A stretch of DNA of 60,372 nt, the filler included. It is 5 parts of 5 records of this genome, joined end to end, with 100 filler letters (N's around TTAATTAATTAA, not from the genome) between each part and the next. Parts side by side here need not be neighbours in the genome. Positions count along the whole stretch, not along the records: positions 37,522 to 60,372 come from SRR20825019_116; 4 more parts are not named here. One strand, 5' to 3'. The notes under the pieces are model-generated. The model was not told the DNA's origin and did not search any database. It saw only the letters and a list, made by a program, of their open reading frames with translations. The position numbers and the translations under genes were made by a program. Below, piece after piece: positions 48,420 to 56,985 of this stretch (the stretch's first letter is position 1; each line of letters opens with the position of its first letter).

Positions 48420-50045
48420 TCAGGCAAGCTTACGGATTTTGCGATCCGCCTCCTGAAGCACTGCGAATGCTTCGAACTTCTTGTTATGCAGCGAAACAAC
48501 CGCTCCGTGGGAAGGCTTCATGATTTCGCGGATTGCCGACATTTTCTCAGCACCTGACCGCAGGTTTTCACTATAGCCCGCAGCCACCGAACCGATAATC
48601 GCGCCGCCCAGCAAAACCGGCTCCGCCGTTTCCGGCAGCGCAACTTTCATGCCGGTGGCATCGGAAAGGATACGGCGCAGAAGCGCGCTTTGGGCTGCAC
48701 CACCGGAGACGACAAGTGTTTCAAGCGGCAGTCCCTTGGCCTTTTCGGCCTCAATGATCTGCCGTGTGCCATAGCAAAGTCCGCAAAGACCGGCAACGTA
48801 AAGACGAATAAAACTGTCTTCGGAGGTATCCAGCGTCAGACCACTGATGACAGCCGTTGCCTTCGGATCGGCATAAGGGGCGCGATTGCCCAGAAATTCC
48901 GGAACAACATGAATATCACGCGCAAGCTCTGCCACCGCTTCCAATGAACCCGCTTTTTCCACGGCACGACGTTCCAGATAAACAGGCAGCGCAGCACCCT
49001 CGGATTTCGCTTTCGTCTTCATCTCGGCATAGGCAGGGTGAAGCGTAAGGAGATGATCAAGGGCTGCACCATAGGCAGACTGTCCACCTTCCAAAAGCCA
49101 GTAGCCCGGCACCATTGCGCCAAAATAAGGCCCCCAGACGCCATCCACGAAGTTGGCGTCCTTTGCCAGCTTCATTGCGCATGCAGATGTTCCCATGATA
49201 AGCGCCATCTGCGTTTCCGGCGGCAAATCTTCCCCGTTCGGGCCGCGGCAGGCAAATGTACCAACGCCGCCGCAATGAGCGTCTATCAGCGAAGCGCCAA
49301 CCGGTGTTCCGGCGACAAGGCCAAGCTCTGCCGCAGATGCCTCACTCAAACCTTCACCAAGCGGCGTCGCGATATCTGCCACATCTGAACCGATACGGGC
49401 AAAGTTGTTTTCGGTCAGCTCTTCAAGACCAATGGCGCGGAAGTAGTCCGCATCCCACCGCTTTTCATGCGCCAGATAGGTCCACTTGCAGGTAACCGTG
49501 CAGACCGAACGAACTGTGGAGCCGGTCGCGCGCCAGGACAGAAAATCAGCAAGATCGAAGAAATGCGCCGCCTTCGCGAAGATTTCCGGACGGTTTTCCT
49601 TCAGCCAGAGAAGTTTTGGCGTTTCCATCTCCGGCGAGATACGGCCACCGACATATTTCAGGACATCGTGACCACCGGCATTGATCCGGTTGGCCTGATC
49701 CATCGCGCGATGATCCATCCAGACCATGATATTGCGCTCGGCATCTTCCGAAGGTCCGACCGCCAGTGGGTTTCCGTCCTTATCCAGAACGACAAGCGAG
49801 CAGGTCGCATCAAAGCCCAGTCCTTTAACGGATGCCGCGTCAATGCCTGCTTTGGCAACGGCTTCCTTGGTAGAATGACAAATCGCCGCCCAGATATTGC
49901 TTGAAGACTGTTCGACAATATCACCTTCTTCACGCCAAATCGTCAGGTCTTTCTTGGCCGCTGCGATGAGTCTCCCGGTTTCATCAAAAACACCGGCCCG
50001 CGCACTGCCAGTCCCCACATCAACACCAATGAAGTGATGGCCCAT
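48420..50045 (-). CDS. FGGY-family pentulose kinase (D-ribulokinase-like)
   Basis: IGVDVGTGSARAG, GFDATCSLV, WMDHRA, SPEME.PKLLWLKE, IDAH, GTS.C, GVWGPY, EGGQSA. Confidence 0.93.
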   Translation of the reverse strand: MGHHFIGVDVGTGSARAGVFDETGRLIAAAKKDLTIWREEGDIVEQSSSNIWAAICHSTKEAVAKAGIDAASVKGLGFDATCSLVVLDKDGNPLAVGPSEDAERNIMVWMDHRAMDQANRINAGGHDVLKYVGGRISPEMETPKLLWLKENRPEIFAKAAHFFDLADFLSWRATGSTVRSVCTVTCKWTYLAHEKRWDADYFRAIGLEELTENNFARIGSDVADIATPLGEGLSEASAAELGLVAGTPVGASLIDAHCGGVGTFACRGPNGEDLPPETQMALIMGTSACAMKLAKDANFVDGVWGPYFGAMVPGYWLLEGGQSAYGAALDHLLTLHPAYAEMKTKAKSEGAALPVYLERRAVEKAGSLEAVAELARDIHVVPEFLGNRAPYADPKATAVISGLTLDTSEDSFIRLYVAGLCGLCYGTRQIIEAEKAKGLPLETLVVSGGAAQSALLRRILSDATGMKVALPETAEPVLLGGAIIGSVAAGYSENLRSGAEKMSAIREIMKPSHGAVVSLHNKKFEAFAVLQEADRKIRKLA

Positions 50046-50165
50046 ATCATGTCTCCCTGAAGATCTTTTTTGCGACCTGAACGAAGAAAGCCGCGTTTGC
50101 CTGTCTGTTTATGGCTGCCGCCAGAAAAAGGCGACAGCACAAATTTTTCTATCAAAGTTCGGCGA

Positions 50166-51788
50166 TCAGGCCTTGAGCGGGCTGCCATCGGCAGACGTGC
50201 CGCAAAGGCTGACAGTCATGCCCAACTCATGAGCGAGAGCAGCCTTGGCGGCCATGGCCATGTCAGCAGCGTCCGCATCATTAGCATAAACGACCTGAAT
50301 ATGGTTCGACTTGTGCCGTGCCATCATCTGATCACGGGAAACGCCATAGAGAACACCATGCATCATCGGCCAGGCATAATCGGTCGACGTCCAGCGGCGC
50401 TCGGTTTCTTCTTCTGGAAGCTCGACAGCCTTTCCGCGGCCGAGGTCCATGTGCAGCTTGCCGTCCTGAACGAAAATACGCGACCAGATGATTTCGCCGG
50501 GTCTGGCAATGCCGCGCAGCGTGCCACCACCAGCGGGGAAGAACATCGGCGGTTGACGCATCGATGATGACTTGTCGTAGCCACCGTGATGGGCAGCCGG
50601 TGCAGCGCCTGAAATCTCGAACGTCCAGACATACTCGTCCGTCGAACCGGTCGGGTCATAATCGCCCCAGCGAATATCATGCAGCGTGGTTTCAACCGGC
50701 TGATCGAGTGCCGTATGGATACGATTGGTCATCAGAGCGTCGAGGCCGGCGCATTCGTCAACTTCATTGAAGTGAACAACGGGCTTGCCTTCACGGATGA
50801 TCTTGCCGTCAATCCCCTTGACCGGCGGGCGCTCGGAGTTGTTCAGCAGACCTTCGACAAGGTCGGACGCAGGCAGAAGATCCTTCAGGCCTTGCTGGTA
50901 CTGGATACCGATCACTTCGCAACCGAACTGCTCGGCCAGACGAACAGCCGCAATATACATCTTGCACTGAAGCAGAACCTGATCCGGAGTCAGTTCTTCA
51001 GCACCGTTTTCACCAAAGTGGAAGTTCAGACCCTTGTCTTTCAGCCAGTCAAAGGTTTCCTGCGCTTCCGCATCGGGGACCTGTGTGGTGGCATAGTAAA
51101 GGGCTGACTGCGACAGACGTTCCTTGAAGATACCAAGCGGGAACAGCAGTTCATCAGGGATGATGGCATTGTACATGCCCATGCAGCCCTCATCGAACAC
51201 GCCCATAATCGTGCGGCGATTTTTCAGGTCACCGGCAATGTCCTTGGCAAGCAAAGCCGCCTTTTCGGTCGCTGCGCCGGAATAAGCCGATACATGCGAA
51301 ATGTCCTGATCGACCTTACCGGTCTTCATCCATTGTTCAAGGCGGGTCAGGAACCACTCATCCTTGAAATCGATGGTCCAGAGCGACGAATAGTCGATAC
51401 CGGCCTTGGTCATCGAACCATTCAGGTTCAAAAGACCGACAAGACCCGGCCATGTCGGCGACCAGTTGCCAACCGTCAGGATCGGCCCCTCATGCGCCAT
51501 CAGGCCAGGCAGAACGTGCAGCGAATATTGCCAGACGGCTTCGGCCACGATCAGCGGCGCCTTCTTGTCGATATTGGCAAAGATATCGAGGCCTTCTTTC
51601 TGGCTGGCGATAAAGCCATGCCCAAGATCGGCCTTCACTGGATGCGCGCGCTCAACCGATCCGCCAAACTTTTCGATTGCAGCTGTCAATTCGGCTTCCA
51701 GCGCCTGTTGCGCGGGCCAGCATTTGACATTCGCGCTCTCGCGAAGATCGCCGCTTGCCACCATCAGGATATGAGGTCCCGTCGACAT
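50166..51788 (-). CDS. L-fucose/D-arabinose isomerase family protein
   Basis: [47 protein letters not shown] 51788 with AAGGA. Confidence 0.82.
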   Translation of the reverse strand: MSTGPHILMVASGDLRESANVKCWPAQQALEAELTAAIEKFGGSVERAHPVKADLGHGFIASQKEGLDIFANIDKKAPLIVAEAVWQYSLHVLPGLMAHEGPILTVGNWSPTWPGLVGLLNLNGSMTKAGIDYSSLWTIDFKDEWFLTRLEQWMKTGKVDQDISHVSAYSGAATEKAALLAKDIAGDLKNRRTIMGVFDEGCMGMYNAIIPDELLFPLGIFKERLSQSALYYATTQVPDAEAQETFDWLKDKGLNFHFGENGAEELTPDQVLLQCKMYIAAVRLAEQFGCEVIGIQYQQGLKDLLPASDLVEGLLNNSERPPVKGIDGKIIREGKPVVHFNEVDECAGLDALMTNRIHTALDQPVETTLHDIRWGDYDPTGSTDEYVWTFEISGAAPAAHHGGYDKSSSMRQPPMFFPAGGGTLRGIARPGEIIWSRIFVQDGKLHMDLGRGKAVELPEEETERRWTSTDYAWPMMHGVLYGVSRDQMMARHKSNHIQVVYANDADAADMAMAAKAALAHELGMTVSLCGTSADGSPLKA

Positions 51789-52292
51789 GATAAAGATCCT
51801 TTCCGCAGTTGCGCCTTTTGCGCAAAATTTTCGTTTCGCTCCCGGCTCCATCACTGCTCAACCCGATTTTCAGGAGCCTGATCGGGTCGTCTTCAACCAG
51901 CCGCACCGCGTAAACAGAAGCTCTGACAATCCTCGTCAACGGCTTCCGTCAGATCACGCGCCTGGTAACGGCCACATTTGTTTCGGAGAGATTTCGGCGG
52001 TAACGATGAGCGAAAAACAACAGTCATCCACTTCAAAACGGCATATGCCAGCCCGTCTGGCACATCCTGTCACCTGCCTTGACACCTCCCTCAGATATGT
52101 TTGCTGTTACGAGTTAGCAACGATTTTATACGGCTTTTACAGCGTTGCGGCAAGAGCAATCCCGGCGAGCATACGATAAAATCTCAGCATCGCGACCGCC
52201 AGCGGCACCACACCCTGCGGATCGTGAACATCCCTCGCGAAGAACACCCAGAAAGAAAAAGGCCCCGAAACAGTTCGAAGCCTTTTCACAAA

Positions 52293-53597
52293 TCACAACA
52301 TGCCCGCGACCCGCGGCAGCCAGAGGGAGAGCGCCGGAATAAACGTCAGCGCCATCAACATGGAAATCAGGATCGCCATGAAGAACCACGTCTCCCGGAT
52401 CAGCTCCGACAGCGGAATCCCGTTCAATGCCTTGATGATGAACAGCAATATGCCATAGGGCGGCGTAATCAGCCCGATCATCATGTTGAATACAAGCACG
52501 ATACCCAGGTGATTGAGATCGATCCCCATTGCTGCCGCCGTCGGAATGAACAACGGCGTCACCACCAACATGATCGTAGACACATCCAGAATACAGCCGA
52601 GCAGCAGGTAAAGAACATTCAGCAGCAACAGGAACTGCCATGTCTGAAGCTCAAAATTCTCGAAAGTCTGGAAAACCGCCTGCGGCACGCGCTCAACCGT
52701 GATGACGTAGTTGAAGATGAAAGCCCCGCACAAAACCATGGTGACAACAGCAGTGGTCTTCATGCTGGAGACCACGACATTCCAGAAGGACTTCAGCCCC
52801 AGAACGCGGTAGGCAAAAGTAGCCAGTAGCAGCGCATAAAGCGCGGAAACCGCGGCAGCTTCTGTCGGTGTAAAGATACCGGAATAGATCCCGCCGAGCA
52901 GAATGATCGGCATCAGCAATGCCGGAAAAGCGCGCAGAAAGATCAGCGGCAGCGCCCGCAGCGGAATCGCATCCTCGATAGGAAATCCACGCACCTTGGC
53001 CATGATGCCAACGGCAATCGCCATAACCGTACACATCAATAGCGCCGGAACGACGCCGCCCAGAAACAGCACGCCCACGGATGTGGATGAAATCAGAGCG
53101 TAGAACACCATCGGGATCGAAGGCGGGAAAATCGGGCCGACGACGGCAGAGGCTGCCGTCAGCGCGCCTGCGAAGCCACGAGGATAGCGGTTTTCCTTCA
53201 TCATCATGCCCGTGATGATCTTGCCGACACCGGCCGCATCCGAGATTGCAGAACCACTCATACCGGAGAAGATCAGACTGGTGAAAATGTTCACCTGTGC
53301 CAGCCCCCCCGGCAGACGCCCCACCAGAGCAAGTGCGAAATTCAGCAATCTGTCGGAGATCTTGCCTTCATTCATGACATTGGCCGCGAAAATGAACAGT
53401 GGCACGGCCAGCGCGACGAAATTGCCAAAAACGCCGTTCAACACATTTTCAGCCGCCAAACCAACATCACGACCAGACAGAAACAAATAGAAAATACTCG
53501 ACACGATCATCGCGATGCCAAACGGCAGGCCGGTAATCGTAATGGTCACCATAATGACCAGCATGACAATCAGTGCATGCTCGGAAAGGAACGACAT
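52293..53597 (-). CDS. dctM: TRAP transporter large permease DctM
   Basis: AVPLFI, GGLAQVN, FSGMSGSA.SD, PPSIPM, TPTEAA, G.ITPP.G. Confidence 0.95.
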   Translation of the reverse strand: MSFLSEHALIVMLVIMVTITITGLPFGIAMIVSSIFYLFLSGRDVGLAAENVLNGVFGNFVALAVPLFIFAANVMNEGKISDRLLNFALALVGRLPGGLAQVNIFTSLIFSGMSGSAISDAAGVGKIITGMMMKENRYPRGFAGALTAASAVVGPIFPPSIPMVFYALISSTSVGVLFLGGVVPALLMCTVMAIAVGIMAKVRGFPIEDAIPLRALPLIFLRAFPALLMPIILLGGIYSGIFTPTEAAAVSALYALLLATFAYRVLGLKSFWNVVVSSMKTTAVVTMVLCGAFIFNYVITVERVPQAVFQTFENFELQTWQFLLLLNVLYLLLGCILDVSTIMLVVTPLFIPTAAAMGIDLNHLGIVLVFNMMIGLITPPYGILLFIIKALNGIPLSELIRETWFFMAILISMLMALTFIPALSLWLPRVAGML

Positions 53598-53611
53598 TTA
53601 CTTGCTCCCGA

Positions 53612-54118
53612 TCAGATTTCGTTGCGCCATTTCGGGCTGAAAAGCTGCATAAGCCGCCAAACGGCCTGCACGGTGAAGCCGGACAGAAACAGCAGATAAC
53701 AGCCATAGACCAGACTCATCGGAAGCCTCAGAACTGAGCTCTTCTTGCGCATAAGGAAGTCCAGATAATCCCATGTGTATGGGATCAGCATCGCAAAAGC
53801 GACGATGAGTACCGCCATGGAAAACATCGTGAACAACCGTCGCGTGCGTTCTGAGACGATATCGTACACGACATCGAACGACACGTGCTCACGGATCGGA
53901 ACACAAAAGGCCGCCGCCCAGAAAACCGCCCAGACGAAGGCAATCATGGTAAATTCCTCGGTCCACAAAAGCGGCTGGTTCATCACGTAGCGATAAAAAA
54001 TCTGAATGATGAAACCAACAAAGGCAGACAGAAAGAACAACGCACCGATCGTATCGGCGATCGCTTTTAGAAAAATGCCCCACTTACGCAGGGCATTACC
54101 ATTATTTTCGAGCGGCAT
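53612..54118 (-). CDS. dctQ: TRAP transporter small permease DctQ
   Basis: QI..RY..N.P..WTEE, HVSFD. Confidence 0.92.
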   Translation of the reverse strand: MPLENNGNALRKWGIFLKAIADTIGALFFLSAFVGFIIQIFYRYVMNQPLLWTEEFTMIAFVWAVFWAAAFCVPIREHVSFDVVYDIVSERTRRLFTMFSMAVLIVAFAMLIPYTWDYLDFLMRKKSSVLRLPMSLVYGCYLLFLSGFTVQAVWRLMQLFSPKWRNEI

Positions 54119-54124
54119 TGCAGA

Positions 54125-55114
54125 TTACTCGGCCATCTGGTTGATCTTTTCGACCCACCCCTGAGGCCAGTCCTTTGCCCGCGGTGATTCCATGTAGGCC
54201 TTCTGGACATGGGTTCTGAACGCATCGACATCAGGCGTCGTAACGGTCAATCCCTCGTCTTCGAAGAATGCGACCAGATCGCTTTCAACCTTCACACGCT
54301 CGGCATTGTTCCAATCGCAGGCCTGCTTGGCCGCAGCCGTCACAGCTTCTTTCTGGGCATCATCAAGCTCATCCCAGAACTGATTCGAAACTGAGAAATT
54401 GATTGCATCGACAAGGTGCGAGGTGAGCGTGATCTGGTCCGTCACTTCGTAGAACTTGGCAGCGTCTACCGTTGGCAACGGATTATCCTGCGCATCGATC
54501 GTACCGGTCTGCAATCCGAGATAGACTTCACCGAACGGCAACGGGGTCGGGTTGGCACCCAGCGCCTTGCCGAGGAACAGCCAGGCATCCGAGCTTGGCA
54601 TACGCAGTTTGACGCCGCTCAGGTCTTCCGGCGTTTCAACATCCATTTTGTCGCGGAGATTGAGCTGCCGGGTGCCAAGGTAGCAGGCATCCAGAAGTTT
54701 GATGTCCATTTCATCAGAAACCGTCTGCTGAAACTCCTGTCCGATATCACTGGCCAGAAATGCGCGATAGTGCTCAGGGCTGCGGAACAGATAACCGGCA
54801 GTCAGAAGACCGTATTGCGGCAACGCATCGGCGATCAGCTGATAGGACACATAGGTCATTTCTGCATTGCCGCGCTGAAGCGCATCCAGATCCGCCCCCT
54901 GGCCAAACAGCGAACCGGAATCATAGATCTGAACGTCAAAAACGCCCGGCATTTCCTTGTCGACTGCTTCCTTGAAAACATGAAGCGCCTTGGTGTGCAG
55001 ATCTGTCGGCACACTGGGAACTGTCATTTTCATCTCAATCGGATCGGCAGCCATAACAGGCGTAGCGAGCATCACAGAGCACAGCAGTGCCTTGGCGAAA
55101 GTGTTCTTTTTCAA
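54125..55114 (-). CDS. dctP: TRAP transporter substrate-binding protein DctP (SiaP-like)
   Basis: Signal peptide, YLGTRQ, GVKLRMP, PTPLPFGEVYLGLQTG.IDAQDNPL; GGAGG RBS + TTG. Confidence 0.93.
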   Translation of the reverse strand: MKKNTFAKALLCSVMLATPVMAADPIEMKMTVPSVPTDLHTKALHVFKEAVDKEMPGVFDVQIYDSGSLFGQGADLDALQRGNAEMTYVSYQLIADALPQYGLLTAGYLFRSPEHYRAFLASDIGQEFQQTVSDEMDIKLLDACYLGTRQLNLRDKMDVETPEDLSGVKLRMPSSDAWLFLGKALGANPTPLPFGEVYLGLQTGTIDAQDNPLPTVDAAKFYEVTDQITLTSHLVDAINFSVSNQFWDELDDAQKEAVTAAAKQACDWNNAERVKVESDLVAFFEDEGLTVTTPDVDAFRTHVQKAYMESPRAKDWPQGWVEKINQMAE

Positions 55115-55200
55115 AATGATTTCCTCCACAGAGTTCTATCGGCCGGGTTCCTCAGTCATTGTCCCTCCCGGCGACCGAAACAGACTTTACGGCTTCCACG

Positions 55201-55229
55201 TACTGATGTAAATGCTGATTGTATCAGTA
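55201..55229. promoter_or_regulatory. Operator CTGAT-TGT-ATCAG in the dctP/dapA-like divergent promoter
   Basis: Dyad at 55215-55227 plus extra TACTGAT half-site at 55201; resembles the 6090 operator. Confidence 0.5.
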
Positions 55230-55284
55230 ATACTGTAATTCATCTGATCAAACTGTGAGGGTGAGCGATTTGGGGGGAGCCAGA

Positions 55285-56178
55285 ATGAAAGCCGAGAGCA
55301 ATCTCAAAGGTGTTATCGCGGCATGTATCACGCCGATAACCGGCGCTTGCGAAATTGATGCAGATCGCCTGAGATCTCACATGGATGAGGTGCTGGCCGA
55401 AGGTTGCTCCTATGTTTCAGAGTTTGGCACGACTGGCGAAGGCGCATCTTTCTCAACGCGACAGAAAGCAGACGCGCTAAAAGCGATGGCTGATGCGGAC
55501 ATGGATATGAAACGTCATATCCCCGGCGTTGTATCTTCATCACTTGATGAAGCCGCGTTGATGTTGAAGGCAATTGCCGAAGTCGATGCACGCGCCGCGC
55601 TGGTGATCCCGCCATTTTACTACACGCCGTCAGCCCCTGAAGCCGTTGTTGATTTTTATGAGGCAATGATCGCGCGGGCCGGAACGCCGGATACCGAGAT
55701 CATACTTTACAATTTTCCACATTTTTCCGGCGTTACGTTCGATGTGCATCTGGTTCAGCTGATGCTTGAGCGCCTTGGCGACCGTGTGATCGGCATCAAG
55801 GATTCAACCGGCGATCTCGATGCAGGCATCAAGCTTATCAAGGCCTTTCCACAGCTCTCGATCTTTACCGGCGATGACAAGATCCTGCCGGAGATGGTCG
55901 CAGCCGGAGGTGCGGGCATGATCGGCGGCATGACAAATCCCTACCCCGCTGATACCGTTCAACTTTATACTGGTCCGATAACAGATGAACTCAGAGAGAA
56001 CGCAAGACGGCGCATTGAGGCTGTTGATTCCTTTGGTGGCCTGACTGTGCTGAAAGCCATGGTGGCTGAAAAGCGCGGAGATGATGCTTTTGCCGCAACA
56101 ATGCCACCTCTGCTTCCGGCAGGCAAAGACACGATGAACGCCGTTTATGCGAGTATCAACAAAACACTTTCCGAATAA
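55285..56178 (+). CDS. DapA/NanA class I aldolase/dehydratase family protein (not canonical DapA)
   Basis: TP, GTTGEG, PPFYY, LYNFP, GIKDSTGD (Schiff-base Lys), TGDD. Confidence 0.88.
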   Translation: MKAESNLKGVIAACITPITGACEIDADRLRSHMDEVLAEGCSYVSEFGTTGEGASFSTRQKADALKAMADADMDMKRHIPGVVSSSLDEAALMLKAIAEVDARAALVIPPFYYTPSAPEAVVDFYEAMIARAGTPDTEIILYNFPHFSGVTFDVHLVQLMLERLGDRVIGIKDSTGDLDAGIKLIKAFPQLSIFTGDDKILPEMVAAGGAGMIGGMTNPYPADTVQLYTGPITDELRENARRRIEAVDSFGGLTVLKAMVAEKRGDDAFAATMPPLLPAGKDTMNAVYASINKTLSE

Positions 56179-56203
56179 AGCCGGTCAGGAGGGCGGTGCG
56201 GTG

Positions 56204-56872
56204 ATGAAATTTCATGCCACCGAAGAACATAATACAGGCGTGAAAGATGCAGCTTACGACCTGTTTCAGGAAGCGCTGATGAGCGGAAACCTGCGACCGG
56301 GTCAGATGGTCAGCCAGCGCTCACTTGTTGAAATGCTGAACCTCTCAATCGGCGCATTGCGTGAACTCCTGCCGCGATTGCAGGCCGAAGGTCTGATCAA
56401 TGTCCTGCCCCAGCGCGGTATCCTGATTCCGGCAATCGATCTGCCGATGATTCGCAACACGTTTCAGATGCGGGCCGCCCTTGAGCGAGAAGCGGTCATC
56501 TATGCCGTTCGCGAAATGCCGGATACAGTCCTGGAAAACCAGCGCAAGCTGCACTCCGATATTCTGGAGGCGGTACGCCACGAACCGACACCTGCCCTTC
56601 TGGCGCGCGGGCAGGAAATCGACACCGGCTTCCACAACCTCCTTGTTCTCGCGACCGGCAACGAACTGCTACGCAACACCTACAATATCAATGCCATTCG
56701 TATGCGGCTGATCAAGCTTGACCGGATCACGCTGAATGAAAAGGTTTTGCCCGAAGCATTTGGCGACCATTTCGACGTGATTTCGGCCATTCAGGCACGG
56801 GACACCATGAAGGCAATTGAAGCCATGGATCGACACGTCCGCAATGCGCGCGATCGCGCGCTGCAACTTTAG
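56204..56872 (+). CDS. GntR/FadR-family regulator, paralog of 7420-8052
   Basis: SG.LRPGQ..SQR.L, PQRGI, D.GFH, Y.INA.R.RLI. Confidence 0.9.
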   Translation: MKFHATEEHNTGVKDAAYDLFQEALMSGNLRPGQMVSQRSLVEMLNLSIGALRELLPRLQAEGLINVLPQRGILIPAIDLPMIRNTFQMRAALEREAVIYAVREMPDTVLENQRKLHSDILEAVRHEPTPALLARGQEIDTGFHNLLVLATGNELLRNTYNINAIRMRLIKLDRITLNEKVLPEAFGDHFDVISAIQARDTMKAIEAMDRHVRNARDRALQL

Positions 56873-56985
56873 GCCGTTCGGCCCGCCCCGTATACGGTCT
56901 GTGATTTAGGAAACCGTACGCCTTTCACAGCGGAAAACGATTTTTCGTATTGTCACCGGCACGGCTATTTTCGGGAGGAATAAAA

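Noticed and set aside
51790..52290. Hidden gene or sRNA in the 500-bp gap between dctM and the isomerase
   Set aside because: A GGGAGG is present on the minus strand near 52090, but no convincing ORF or structure follows
55285..56178. Calling this gene dapA (lysine biosynthesis)
   Set aside because: Divergent sequence and sugar-acid context indicate a catabolic family member
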